A stretch of DNA of 63,861 bases, filler included, from Nemertoderma westbladi (lineage: Eukaryota > Animalia > Xenacoelomorpha), in the NCBI GenBank assembly GCA_032718475.1. It is 4 parts of 4 records of this genome, joined end to end, with 100 filler letters (N's around TTAATTAATTAA, not from the genome) between each part and the next. Parts side by side here need not be neighbours in the genome. Positions count along the whole stretch, not along the records: positions 1 to 29,324 come from JAUCBJ010008686.1; positions 29,425 to 48,146 come from JAUCBJ010005506.1; 2 more parts are not named here. One strand, given 5' to 3'. The number at the start of each line of letters is the position of its first letter. The stretch's first letter is position 1. The translations under genes and the position numbers were made by a program. The notes beneath the pieces were generated by a model that was given only the letters and a program-made list of their open reading frames with translations, did no database searches and was not told the origin of the DNA. This document shows positions 21,711 through 33,943 of this stretch, in pieces.

Positions 21711-22952
21711 TGTTCGCGCTTTTGAAGACCTTTAGCAGTTTAACCTGCCAAAATTTATATGTCTTTTAGTTAATTAAAACCACTTTAGCATACGACAATA
21801 TTTTATGCTAATACGCAAAACACTAGCCGAAGTCAGCCCATGCGCGATCATTCACCCGATGGATCTACACCCGGGAGACTGAATTCGGATGCTTAAATTT
21901 TATTATTGCAGTGTAAGGTTGCAGTGTATACCTACTGTATTATTCGATAGATCGTTAATAATTAATCTCTGACAGATATTATTGGCTTTCGGGAAATATT
22001 AACAGTTCCTTTAGGACGTGGCGCTTTATCTATTTAAACAGAACTAAGACTTATACTAAAACGCAACGATACTGCTTATGATTGAAGTATAAAGCGTATT
22101 CTTTAGGAAATACTTTGTTACCAATCACAATCATACACACTATTCTGCCGACCGTCAGTATATTTGATCACACATAAAGAGAGCAGCAATTGACTCACGT
22201 AGGGTCTGCTAAATAACATTGGATTCAATACACACCACATTAATATAAATCGCAATTGTTATGTATAGCCGGTCTCTCTAACCTGTAGTGTATCAAGAAA
22301 ATTGGGAATTTGGGTGATTTATCCGTATTATCCAAAGAGCAATATTTCCATCAACAAATAGGTACAATTAATAACTGACGGTAAAATAACAGTACAAACA
22401 ATATGATTAATGCAATTAAATTAAGTGAGCATGTTAATTAGTGAGTTATTGAGATTAGTTAGGTAACAGTTTATACTTTCGATAATTTAAGCAGTTTTAC
22501 TAGAGTTTCTAGAGCCGGTGTTTCTGGCTTAGACAGCAATAACAACAAAGTATCAAGTAAAAACAGTAAGACTGAACACTCTCCTTATGATCGGCCGAAA
22601 AGCTACACGTCGACAGGAAAAATCGCTCTGATTGGCTCAAGCCAAACAAAGAACCATGCGTCCAATGGCTGTTTCCATGTCAGCAACCAGCTGTTAGATG
22701 TCGTAATATGAATCATCACGGCTAAGCTGTGAAAGGTAGTTGGTGCATTGCAGGTTTTTTGCCTTACCATGTCCGCCAAAACACGTATATAGCAGAATGA
22801 CTTTTATGTCCGTTAAAACACCTGTAACGGTACCTTGCGGGCGAGGGGAATATATATACAGTTAGAGAACCTTTTTAGAGTATTCCAGCGCCTGGGGGGA
22901 AACTGGATTGCGAAGCAAAAGGGGCCAGTTATATCCCACAGAAGCTTTTACA
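21711..22952 (-). repeat. 5' LTR of the BEL/Pao element
   Basis: 1242 bp, sense TGTAAAAGC...GCGCGAACA, with a sense AATAAA near 21904-21899. Confidence 0.95.
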
Positions 22953-23692
22953 AATTGTGCTCATTCATTTTTAATTAATGGAGGTTTTTAACCATCCGGC
23001 CGACAAACCACACTTTTGCTCACAGGTCGTTGTAAGACAAGGCATCAATATAACCCCAGTGATCCCATACCCTCTCTTGTTGTGGACTATTACTATATCA
23101 TTGTACAAGCTGCGGACCTGCACCCCCCCCCCCCCTCCCCCCCCACCCATTATAATGTGTTGTAGTCATCCACCCAACCCATTGCGTAACTCAGAATTAA
23201 ACTCCACACAGCACAGCCCATACCTGCCATTGCTTTCATAACGCCACATCGCCAAGTGGAGATTCAATTGTGGCTGTTATTTTCTGATAATCGCTGTGAA
23301 TTATTATAATCATAAGATTGACAACACAGTGTTGTGGTAGTGTACCAGTACCAGAGTGTTGTGGTAGTGTACCAGTACCAGACTGAGTCTTGTAATAGGA
23401 CCCACTAACAACTCCGGGCACGTTCTGAAATAAAGCCTCTGGAATATTATTAAATTATTCACTAGAAAGCCAGTATCAATATAAGTCTGCCCGACAGCGG
23501 TTGTGATTATAGCTGACTGATTTTTTCGTGGAATATTGGATTGAACGAAGACAGATAATAACTATCAAATTCGTAGGTGTGCACAGTAAGAAGTCCTAAC
23601 GTCTTTCTAATAAAGTTCCTTACATTTCCTTAGGTATTCACTTACTTATTCACTTACTTATTCTAATTTCTTGGGAAGACTTTAGTAAAGTT

Positions 23693-24058
23693 TCGGCACC
23701 TATGTCGGCACCTGAGTCGGCACCTGTGTCTGCACCTGTGTCGGCACCTATGTCGGTACCTGTGTCGGCACCTATGTCGGCACCTGTATCGGCACCTATG
23801 TCGGCACCTGTGTCTGCACCTATGTCGGCACCTGTATCGGCACCTATGTCGGCACCTGTGTCGGCACCTATGTCGGCACCTGTGTCGGCACCTCTGTCGG
23901 CACCTATGTCGGCACCTGTGTCGGCACCTTATCTGCACCTGTGTCGGCACCTAAGTCGGCACCTATGTCGGAACCTATGTCGGCACATGTGTCGGCACCT
24001 GTGTCGGCACCTCCGTCGGCACCTGTGTCGGCACCTCTGTCGGCACCTCTGTCTGCAC
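23693..24058. repeat. 12-bp minisatellite (GTCGGCACCTRT)n
   Basis: About 30 tandem units. It generates the spurious SAPV/CRHR ORFs. Confidence 0.95.
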
Positions 24059-24599
24059 AGCGTCTACGTCCGAACACATTCTCTTCTAACCCAATTTTGG
24101 CAGCAAGAAGCCCTAACGGTCTCTAATTATAATAATTTAAACAATAAATTATTGTTTTAGATCGACAATTTTAAATTAATTCATTGAATATTGTTGTCTA
24201 ATTTTCTAAGAAAAATGTGGCCTTGGGACGTTAGTATGCACGTACGTTAGGGAAATTTAGGGAATTAATTAAATTAGTGTATGTTAATGGATGAGGCCGT
24301 TGTCGATGTCGCATGTCGATTACCTTATAATAACTTCCAAATTCAGTGCGGGGTGCGGGCAATAACGTAGGTGTGCACAGTAAGAAGTCCTAACGTATTT
24401 CTAATAAAATTCCTTACGTTCCTTACTCATTCCTTACTTGCGGCTGTTATTTTCCGATAATCGCTGTAAATTATTATAACCTAGGCTTTAACTGGTTTAA
24501 ATAACGGCTATAGCTTACAAACCTATGGTATGATATGGACGTGGTGTCCTGTGTGATCTGCAGACATCCTACAGAGCACATGGAGCATTACACACACGG

Positions 24600-24725
<126 letters not shown>

Positions 24726-25639
24726 TATCCAACTGGCAGTTGTGCTAACATTTGGCTATCAAAAATGGCAGTTGTGGTGACAAAAAAATAGTGGTAACAA
24801 GTTGAGCTGACATTTGATCAGGGACATGTGTCCGACGTTTTGATCGGGTCCCCTCCCCATGTACTCTTTGTAATGTTAGCACAAGTGCCACTTTGCAATA
24901 CCTGAAATGTGAGGGAAAAAAATCGTGTATCCCTTTAGCGTCCTCTTCTTGAACATTCAAAAATCATTGACTAGAGTTCTGCTAACATGCAATAGTTGTG
25001 CTAACATCAAACAAATGACACCATCAATATTGATTAAAATTATCTCATGGAATTTATAACACGAGTTGTAGGAACATTAATTGTTTACATGGAGTGAACG
25101 GCGATGCCATTGTTAGAGAAAGCAATATATCGAGCTTGAAGGCGAATATATGTCTGCTGGCCAGACAGTAGTGTAGCTAATGCAATGGATGGGGCAGCCG
25201 GACTACGGCGATATTGATTTGTAATGTAAATAGGAAGGCCCCTTGCCCCACAAATTCGGGTTCATAATAATTCGGGGTAGTGTAAATTTATCTGTGAATA
25301 TGAAACACTACTGGAGGCAATATTAAGGGTACTCTTTCACTTGCTTCCTTCTCTTGTTTTTACGTACAAGGCAAGGGGGACTGGACTCCACACTAACTCC
25401 CACGGATGAACACAGTGGATGATCTCATATACATATTATATATTGTGCTGTGCGAGGGCCGTATTTCGATTTTGAATCAATTTTTTGCATTACAAATAAG
25501 ATTTATTAATCCTTAATAAAACCAAATAATTTGATGACCATATAGGTTTTTTGGGATGCTGATCACGAACATGACACTCAAAAATATCGTTATTATCCAA
25601 CCAAAATTTCGAAGAAATCGAATTTTGGCGTTTGAAATT

Positions 25640-26010
25640 TTACTCTAACTTGTATTTTTCGTTCCACCAGACAAGCACCAAAAATGATTGTTGCGTTACC
25701 ACAAATTATTTTTAACGAGTTGTATCGTGATCAGCGACCTTGAAAATCGGTACAGCTTCAGAATTACCAAACCCAAGGCAAAATTTAACAGTTTATAATT
25801 TTGTGCTATTTGTACTTTTCGTTCTGGGGCACCAGAATGGCACGAAAAATGGGTTTGCTTTACCAGAAATATTTGTAACTAGTTTCATCGTGATCAGCGA
25901 CATCGAAAACCCGTATACCTTCAGAATTATCAAACCAAACACAACATTTTTTAGTTTGACATTTTTTTTACTTATAATATTTTGAGTTTGCAGCTATTAG
26001 TATATAGAGT
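25640..26010 (+). repeat. Dispersed repeat, second copy at ~28230-28580
   Basis: The two copies share the block CCACCAGACAAGCA..TTCAGAATTATCAAACCAAACACAACATTTTT..TTTGAGTTTGCAGCTAT. Confidence 0.75.
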
Positions 26011-26600
26011 AGTAGTGTAGTATATAATCTTTTAACGCTTTTTTATATTTTATTTTACGCTTTTGCATATATCAAGCAATGAGGCGAATGTATGTACGGG
26101 AAATACAGCACATATAATGCGATGAATGGAAAAACGGCAGGCGGTTATATGAGTCGTGTTGTTAATATGACCCTCCACCCACACACTTATCAGGAGTTCG
26201 CCGAATATATAAGAAATATTTAATTACAATTTTAACTAATTATATAATCTCGATTACTGAAAAACAAGTTAAGTGTTTCAAAACAGAAAGACAAGGGTTG
26301 CACTATATGAATGGAAATATCCGGGCCCAGTTGTACTAGACTCTCAACATCTAATTGTTATAGTGTAGTAGTTAGTAATATATTATTGTTATTACCATTA
26401 TACTCAAAAAATAATCTGACAGGCAACTATTTTACCAAAAACAAACGCCCTTGTGATCCAATTAATATGAAACACGATTTACCAATGGACTATATAACGG
26501 CACTTAACTCATTATATAACGACTTTTCTACTGGCTATATAACGATATTCCAACGGGCTATATAACGGCACTTAACTCATTATATCATTACATTGCATTA

Positions 26601-27853
26601 CGTTGCTCATTGTTGCTCATTGTTGCTCGTTCTTGTACTTTATTATTGCTTGTTATTGCTCATTGTTGCTCGTTGTTGTTCGTTGTTGCTCATTGTTGCT
26701 CGTAGTTGCTCATTGTTGCTCGTTCTTGTACTTTATTATTGCTTGTTGTTGCTCATTGTTGCTCGTAGTTGTTCGTTGTTGCTCATTGTTGCTCGTTCTT
26801 GTACTTTATTATTGCTTGTTATTGCTCATTGTTGCTCGTTGTTGTTCGTTATTGCTCATTGTTGCTCATTGTTGCTCGTAGTTGTTCGTTGTTGCTCATT
26901 GTTGCTCATTGTTGCTCGTTGTTACTCATTATTGCTCGTTGTTGCTCATTGTTGCTCATTGTTGCTCGTAGTTGCTCATTGTTGCTCGTTCTTGTACTTT
27001 ATTATTGCTTGTTATTGCTCATTGTTGCTCGTTGTTGTTCGTTGTTGCTCATTGTTGCTCGTAGTTGTTCGTTGTTGCTAATTGTTGCTCGTTGTTACTC
27101 ATTGTTGCTCATTGTTGCTCGTTGTTGCTTATTGTTGTTCGTTGTTGCTCATTGTTGTTCGTTGTTGCTCATTGTTGCTCGTTCTTGTACTTTATTATTG
27201 CTTGTTATTTCTCATTGTTGCTCGTAGTTGCTCATTGTTGTTCGTTGTTGCTCATTGTTGTTCGTTGTTGCTCATTGTTGCTCGTTCTTGTAATTTATTA
27301 TTGCTTGCTGTTGCTAATTGTTGCTCATTGTTGCTCATTGTTGTTCGTTGTTGCTCATTGTTGTTCGTTGTTGCTCATTGTTGCTCGTTCTTTTACTTTA
27401 TTATTGCTTGTTGTTGCTCATTGTTGCTCGTTGTTGCTCATTGTTGTTCGTTGGTGCTCATTGTTGCTCGTTCTTGTACTTTATTATTGCTTGTTATTGC
27501 TCATTGTTGCTCGTAGTTGCTCATTGTTGTTCGTTGTTGCTCATTGTTGTTCGTTGTTGCTCATTGTTGCTCGTTCTTGTAATTTATTATTGCTTGCTGT
27601 TGCTAATTGTTGCTCATTGTTGCTCATTGTTGTTCGTTGTTGCTCATTGTTGTTCGTTGTTGCACATTGTTCATCGTTCTTGTACTTTAATATTGCTTGT
27701 TGTTGCTCATTGTTGCTCGTAGTTGTTCGTTGTTGCTCATTGTTGCTCGTTCTTGTACTTTATTATTGCTTGTTATTGCTCATTGCTGCTCATTGTTGCT
27801 CATTGTTGCTCGCTGTTGGTCATTGTTGCTCGTTGTGCATTTTAGCACCTACC
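26601..27853. repeat. 10-bp-based TTG-rich minisatellite (ATTGTTGCTC/GTTGTTGCTC)n
   Basis: Tandem units with interspersed GTACTTTATTATT variants, ending in GTGCATTTTAGCACCTACC. Confidence 0.95.
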
Positions 27854-28859
27854 AACTATGGGAACAGCTACGGATATAATTACGCGTGATATTTATAATT
27901 TACCTGGAGGTATCAGTCCCCCGCTGCTGCTACCACCTAAAATACAATAAATAGTAATTCTATAAATTAAATAGAAGAGCACGAAATCTTGTTCTCTTAA
28001 TCAGCCTAATATTTAGCCTTATTCGTATTTCAGATTTGCCAGGAATGGCTATGGCTAATTAATTAGCTGCGAAGGATAAATAGAACTTCGCAATGTGAGA
28101 AAGTCAATTTCAGATCACTTAATTCAATATCAATATCGGAAAATGTTTTTCCCTTATGGACTCCTATTTTACCTTTAGCAATAGCAATTAATACTTTCGA
28201 TACCTGGGATATTTCTAGTATCCGTATTTATCCGTCCCACCAGACAAGCAGCAAAAATGATAGTTGCGTTAGCACGAATGATTTTTTACGAGTTATATCG
28301 TAGTAATCAGCGACTTTGAAAACCAGTATAGATATTTATAACCAAAGTCAAAATTTAACACTTTATAATTTTGTGCTACTTGTAGTTTTCGTTTTGGGGC
28401 ACTTGAATGGCACCAAAATGGGATTTGCACATGCACATACCAGAAATATTTATAACTAGTGTCATCCTGTTCAGCGACATCGAAAACCCGTATTCCTTCA
28501 GAATTATCAAACCAAACACAACATTTTTCAGTTTGACATTATTTACTTATAATATTTTGAGTTTGCAGCTATATATATATATATAGAGATGCTATATATA
28601 GAGTAGACTCAAACTTTTTGGACAAAAATAAAAAAATTGACAGTGGAAAATGTCAAAATTGAGAAATTGTGAAAAATCTTGTTTTATATACAGAATCATG
28701 AATATCAGATAATGGTCCCCTTAATATTAGAAATCAATTTTAACAATGACGAGCCTTGGAAAAGCTAAAACAAAGAAAACTTGCGATTCTTTGCCTGCCT
28801 CTTATGGTGGAATTTCACAAGATGGGTACGATGCAGTGGGTGAAACAAATTGACGGAAG

Positions 28860-29324
28860 TGTTCGCGCTTTTAGACCTTTAGCAGTTTAACCTGCCAATT
28901 ATAATTGTCTTTTTGTATATCAATTATTTAATGTACTGAAGTTACATCAGCCGAAGCCAGCCTGTGCGCGACCATTCACCCACAGTTAAGGGAGACTGGA
29001 TTCGGATGCTTTGATAGTGATTGCAGTGTAGACCTACTGTATTATTCGATTGATCGTTAATATATAATCTCTGACAATATATTTACTTTCGGGGAAATAT
29101 TAACAGTTCCTTTAGGACGTGGCGCTTTAAGTATAAAACAGAGTTATGACTTATACTAATCACAACTGGATGGCTACTGAGTTTCGTAAAAAGCGCATTC
29201 TTTAGGAGATGCTTTATTAACCTTCACACTACTTCACACGACTTCACACTAGTTCACACTACTGCGCACTGATCTGCCGACCGTCACTGAATTTGATCAT
29301 ATATAAGGAGGATCGCAACTGACA
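28860..29324 (-). mobile_element. Diverged LTR fragment related to the BEL LTR (cut by the spacer)
   Basis: Starts TGTTCGCGCTTTTAGACCTTTAGCAGTTTAACCTGCCAA and aligns to the first ~480 bp of 11111/21711. Confidence 0.85.
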
Positions 29325-29424
29325 NNNNNNNNNNNNNNNNNNNNNNNNNNNNNNNNNNNNNNNNNNNNTTAATTAATTAANNNNNNNNNNNNNNNNNNNN
29401 NNNNNNNNNNNNNNNNNNNNNNNN
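29325..29424. other. Artificial assembly spacer (44 N + TTAATTAATTAA + 44 N)
   Basis: The identical 100-bp construct recurs three times, and the 12-mer is a six-frame stop linker. Confidence 0.95.
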
Positions 29425-30028
29425 ATGCTGCCGCTGGTGAATGCCTACCACTTCATCCGTTAGATTAAATAATGTTAGGCTGTTTACATTACTGGTGCTG
29501 GTGGGTACCTTCTTATGTTTATTGTGGTAGGCCAATGATTATTAATATAATTATAATATATTAAACTGTTAAATTCAATAGTGATACCCGGTATAATTAT
29601 TCATTATGTCTCCTAAAAGAACTTTTGATTGTACTGTGCTAAATCACGATTCAACAATGGTAGGTGTCTGGTTCTGAACTACAGGTATTATGGGTGAACT
29701 TCTGGGGAATAATTGCACTTGCGATATTGCACTTGTACTACTGGCTGACTGGTCACAGGATTACTTCTTAGAGTGGATCGTTTTCGGTTATTCTGGCTGG
29801 AGTGCCAGTAGCAGTACCTGACGTCGTGACGTGGAGCAGTTACGCCTACAGGCCTACTGGTTGCCGATCGTAGTTGAGGAGTTAACACTAACCACTAACA
29901 TAGAACTATTTTTAAGATCATCACCTATAACAGTAGGCCTATAACTATTTAAATGGCAGTTCAATTTTATTTTTAATATACTTTTTAACGAGGACACCCT
30001 GGGAGACTAGGTCTTTACCTCAAGGCAC

Positions 30029-30258
30029 AGTTATCGTTCATATGCGTACCTCTGGCTCTGGTAAAAGAAGCAGGTTACAGTGGTGGTGTTTTCTAACCAA
30101 AACAATAAACTAATCTCCATTACTTAATTAACGGAAAGGAGCAGGTTACAGTGGTGGGCTTTTCTAACCAAAACAATAAACAATATCTCAGTATTTCATA
30201 CTTATAGTCTTATTTTTGCAATACGAAAATACCAGAGGTACGCATATGAACTATAACT
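30029..30258. mobile_element. Small MITE with 27-bp TIRs and an 8-bp TSD
   Basis: AGTTATCGTTCATATGCGTACCTCTGG ... CCAGAGGTACGCATATGAACTATAACT, with TSD CAAGGCAC. A second copy is at 43451-43674. Confidence 0.9.
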
Positions 30259-31144
30259 CAAGGCACAAGGCTGCAAGGGGCATTCCTCGATGCTAATATA
30301 CAGCTGTGATTTTAATTAATTGGCTTGGTACTATAAATTAAATATTTTCAGTGATTTTAAGCGTGATTTTAGGTTTGATTTTGAAGTGATTTCTGAATTT
30401 TAAGCGTGATTTTAACTTTTAACTTAGTCTGCATACATTCCTAAATTCGATTCGTGATTTAAATTAATTTGTGTTACCGAGCTTTTATTTTAACAAGCAT
30501 ATATACTTATTCTTTTTAAAATTCAATTTGTGATTTTAACTTATTCGATTTGGTGCTTTGTGTTAAATCCTTGTTAAATACTTTCTGTTGGCCTTGCATG
30601 TCTTTACCAGTCTGCCAGTTGTTGTTTCGTTCCAATACTATATTAGTCCTCAATAAATAATCTCAATCTCAACTGCAGTCAGGTATATCAGGGTATATGG
30701 ACCTGCCAGTCCAGTCAGCCAGTAGATTAGGTATCAGCCTATAGCAGTATAGTTCCTGTACCAGTCTGCCAGTAGTTATGAATATGAAGATATTGTAATG
30801 TTTCCTGATCTGGCAATAAAACATTTATGGAAATATTAAAATGTTTCCCGATCTGGCAATAATAAATTTCCTGATCAGGAAACATAGATTTATTAACTTA
30901 TATTAAACATTGCAATTTAAAGCAGCAAAAGTACATAATGAGCATCAAACCCATTGGTCACTAGGGACAGGTGATTATCCCTACACCTCAACTGTAATGC
31001 GCATCCTAACCAGTCAATGCGCAGAAATGTTTATGTTAATTTTTCCCGATCGGGAAACATTTATTGCCCAATCTGGAAATGCCTGTGTTTCCCGATTGGG
31101 CTAGTGGACTAGACTGCTTTCCTTCATTTGGTAAAGTGACTGTA

Positions 31145-33561
31145 GGGTAGGGTACCCCAATTCCGGACAGAATTTAGATTTTTCCTTTATTGTAGCTCAA
31201 CCATAGTTTATTCCAATCAAAAGATGATTCTAACAGTACAGGACATTATCCTACATCAAAATAAAATCTTAACATTGAGTGCCCAGCGCCATCTAATGGG
31301 CGCAAATGGGCACTTTTTTTTACAAGATTGGGTTGTCCGGTATTTGGGCAGGTGCCCAATTTCCGGACAGAGTATAAATTTGTCTCTGCCTATGTCTGTT
31401 TGCTATACAAATCTATAGTTTACATTATAGAAAGGTGCCTAAAACCCGAATACATGTATCACCATGCTGCCAGGGGGTGGGGGGTCTGTTCACTTGTCTA
31501 CCTGTTTGTTTGTCTGTCTTTCCACCACTTAAAAACACTAGTTCATGAAAGTCAGAATTCATACAATTTTCCGATTTGCACAACTTTTTTTTGTTTTGAA
31601 TTTCTAAGCAAGCACAATTCGTTAATGTCAATAATTTGTAAACCAACCTGTCATTTGTCTGTCTGTTCGTTTGTCTGTCTGTTCGTTTTTCTGTCTAGCC
31701 ATTTCTATGCTGTATAATTTCTATTTTCTATTAAATTATATTTATCATTTCTATTAAATTTCTATGCAGTTGAAATTCTAAGCAAACACAATTTGTTAAT
31801 GTCAGAATGTCAATAATTTGTAAACCAACCTGTCATTTGTCTGTCTGTTCGTTTGTCTGTCTGTTCGTTTTTCTGTCTAGCCATTTCTATGCTGTATAAT
31901 TTCTATTTTCTATTAAATTATATTTATCATTTCTATTAAATTTCTATGCAGTTGAAATTCTAAGCAAACACAATTTGTTAATGTCAGAATGTCAATAATT
32001 TGTAAACCAACCTGTCATTTGTCTGTCTGTTCGTTTGTCTGTCTGATCGTTTTTCTGTCTAGCCATTTCTATGCTGTATAATTTCTATTTTCTATTAAAT
32101 TATATTTATCATTTCTATTAAATTTCTATGCAGTTGAAATTCTATGCAAACACAATTTGTTAATGTCAGAATGTCAATAATTTGTAAACCAACCTGTCAT
32201 TTGTCTGTCTGTTCGTTTGTCTGTCTGTTCGTTTTTCTGTCTAGCCATTTCTATGCTGTATAATTTCCATTTTCTATTAAATTATATTTATCATTTCTAT
32301 TAAATTTCTATGCAGTTGAAATTCTAAGCAAACACAATTTGTTAATGTCAGAATGTCAATAATTTGTAAACCAACTTGTCATTTGTCTGTCTGTTCGTTT
32401 GTCTGTCTGTTCGTTTTTCTGTCTAGCCATTTCTATGCTGTATAATTTCTATTTTCTATTAAATTATATTTATCATTTCTATTAAATTTCTATGCAGTTG
32501 AAATTCTAAGCAAACACAATTTGTTAATGTCAGAATGTCAATAATTTGTAAACCAACCTGTCATTTGTCTGTCTGTTCGTTTGTCTGTCTGTTCGTTTTT
32601 CTGTCTAGCCATTTCTATGCTGTATAATTTCTATTTTCTATTAAATTATATTTATCATTTCTATTAAATTTCTATGCAGTTGAAATTCTAAGCAAACACA
32701 ATTCGTTAATGTCAGACTCAGAATGTCAATAATTTGTAAACAAACCTGTCATTTGTCTGTCTGTTCGTTTGTCTGTCTGTTCGTTTTTCTGTCTAGCCAT
32801 TTCTATGCAGTATAACTATCAATCACTGTAAAATGATGATGAGTTGATAATAATTCAATATATTATATAAATCTCAGATACCACAGATACAAGATAACAC
32901 AGGTACATGCTGTAATAATGATTAAAAGGATTTATATCACTAACTAAAAAATTGGGAAAATGTTGATGGAATTTAAAAAATGTTAAATGGCCAACTCAAG
33001 CATTTGGTACGGTCAACTAGTTTCGTTTACTACTACCTGTAAAGATAATAGACACCAGCTAGACAACCAAAAAGTTGCTGACAAAACTTTGAACAAAACC
33101 TAGGCATATTTACAATTATTTATTTATTCATGTCAGCATGTAGACTGTAGGTAGGGCTATTGACTATTGTGTAGGGTTAATCAGATATTATAAATCGAGA
33201 AAATTAGAGCAATTATAGTATAAAATAATTAGCAGATTAGAGCAAATTCAAATAGGCCTATTACTGTATTATATTACAGTATTACGATAGTATAGCAATA
33301 GCTGTATAGCAAAAGTCAGGACTTATGTAACTGACTATCGCCTATTCTGAGGGCCCTTTACACATTTAGGCCTAATCTACTAATCAATTCAGTAATAAAA
33401 GTAATGCAATGCAGTACAGAGTACAGACAGACAGACACGTTACAGAAAAACCGCAGAATTCTTAATTTTCGTGGTACAAATTTGTGTTGAATAAGTGGTT
33501 TGTCCGGAATTTGAGTAGGTTGTCCGGAATTTGCAATGTCCGGAATTGGGGTACCTTACCC
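31145..33561. mobile_element. Non-autonomous TIR element (TA-flanked, Tc1/mariner/pogo-like) carrying a 182-bp tandem array
   Basis: The TIR GGGTARGGTACCCCAATTCCGGACA is present at both ends, each flanked by TA. Confidence 0.8.
31600..32815. repeat. 182-bp tandem repeat, ~6.7 copies
   Basis: GTCAATAATTTGTAAA recurs at 31627, 31809, 31991, 32173, 32355, 32537 and 32725. Confidence 0.95.
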
Positions 33562-33943
33562 TATATTGTTTTGTATAATTTTTGTAAGTTTTAGTAGTAA
33601 TAAGTTTTGTTTATTGTATAATTCAGGGGGGGCATAACAGTCGGTGAGAAGTCAAAAATTGGACTTCGACTCCAGTTCAAGTCCAAAATTGGACTTCTGT
33701 GAGTCCAATATTGGACTTCAAATCAGCCAATTGTTCCAGGGCCTTGGGTAATAGGATCGGGTGGGATTTTTTTTCTTTAATCGAAAATATATCAAAAAAT
33801 AAGAGTTTTGAACAGGCTGACAGGGGGACCTGAAATTCACCAGGGGGAACTTTTTTTATAAGGCTTTGAATTTTTACAAAAGTCCAATAGGCCTATTGGA
33901 CTTTAAGTCCAATTTTGGACGTGACATTGAGAATCGAACTTAT

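Larger units (their letters stand above)
11111..22952 (-). mobile_element. BEL/Pao LTR retrotransposon, non-autonomous (no RT or integrase), recent insertion
   Basis: Two ~1.24-kb direct repeats bounded by TG...CA. The 5-bp TSD AATTG lies at 11106-11110 and 22953-22957. The element contains a BEL-type Gag-protease ORF and a purine tract (GGGAGCGG on the minus strand) abutting the left LTR. Confidence 0.93.

Noticed and set aside
26593-27889. Hydrophobic Cys/Leu-rich ORFs (also 59744-60921)
   Set aside because: They are translations of a TTG-rich minisatellite, open in all three plus frames.
29325-29424. TTAATTAATTAA motif within N runs (also at 48147 and 59425)
   Set aside because: The identical 100-bp construct is an artificial contig linker, not biology.
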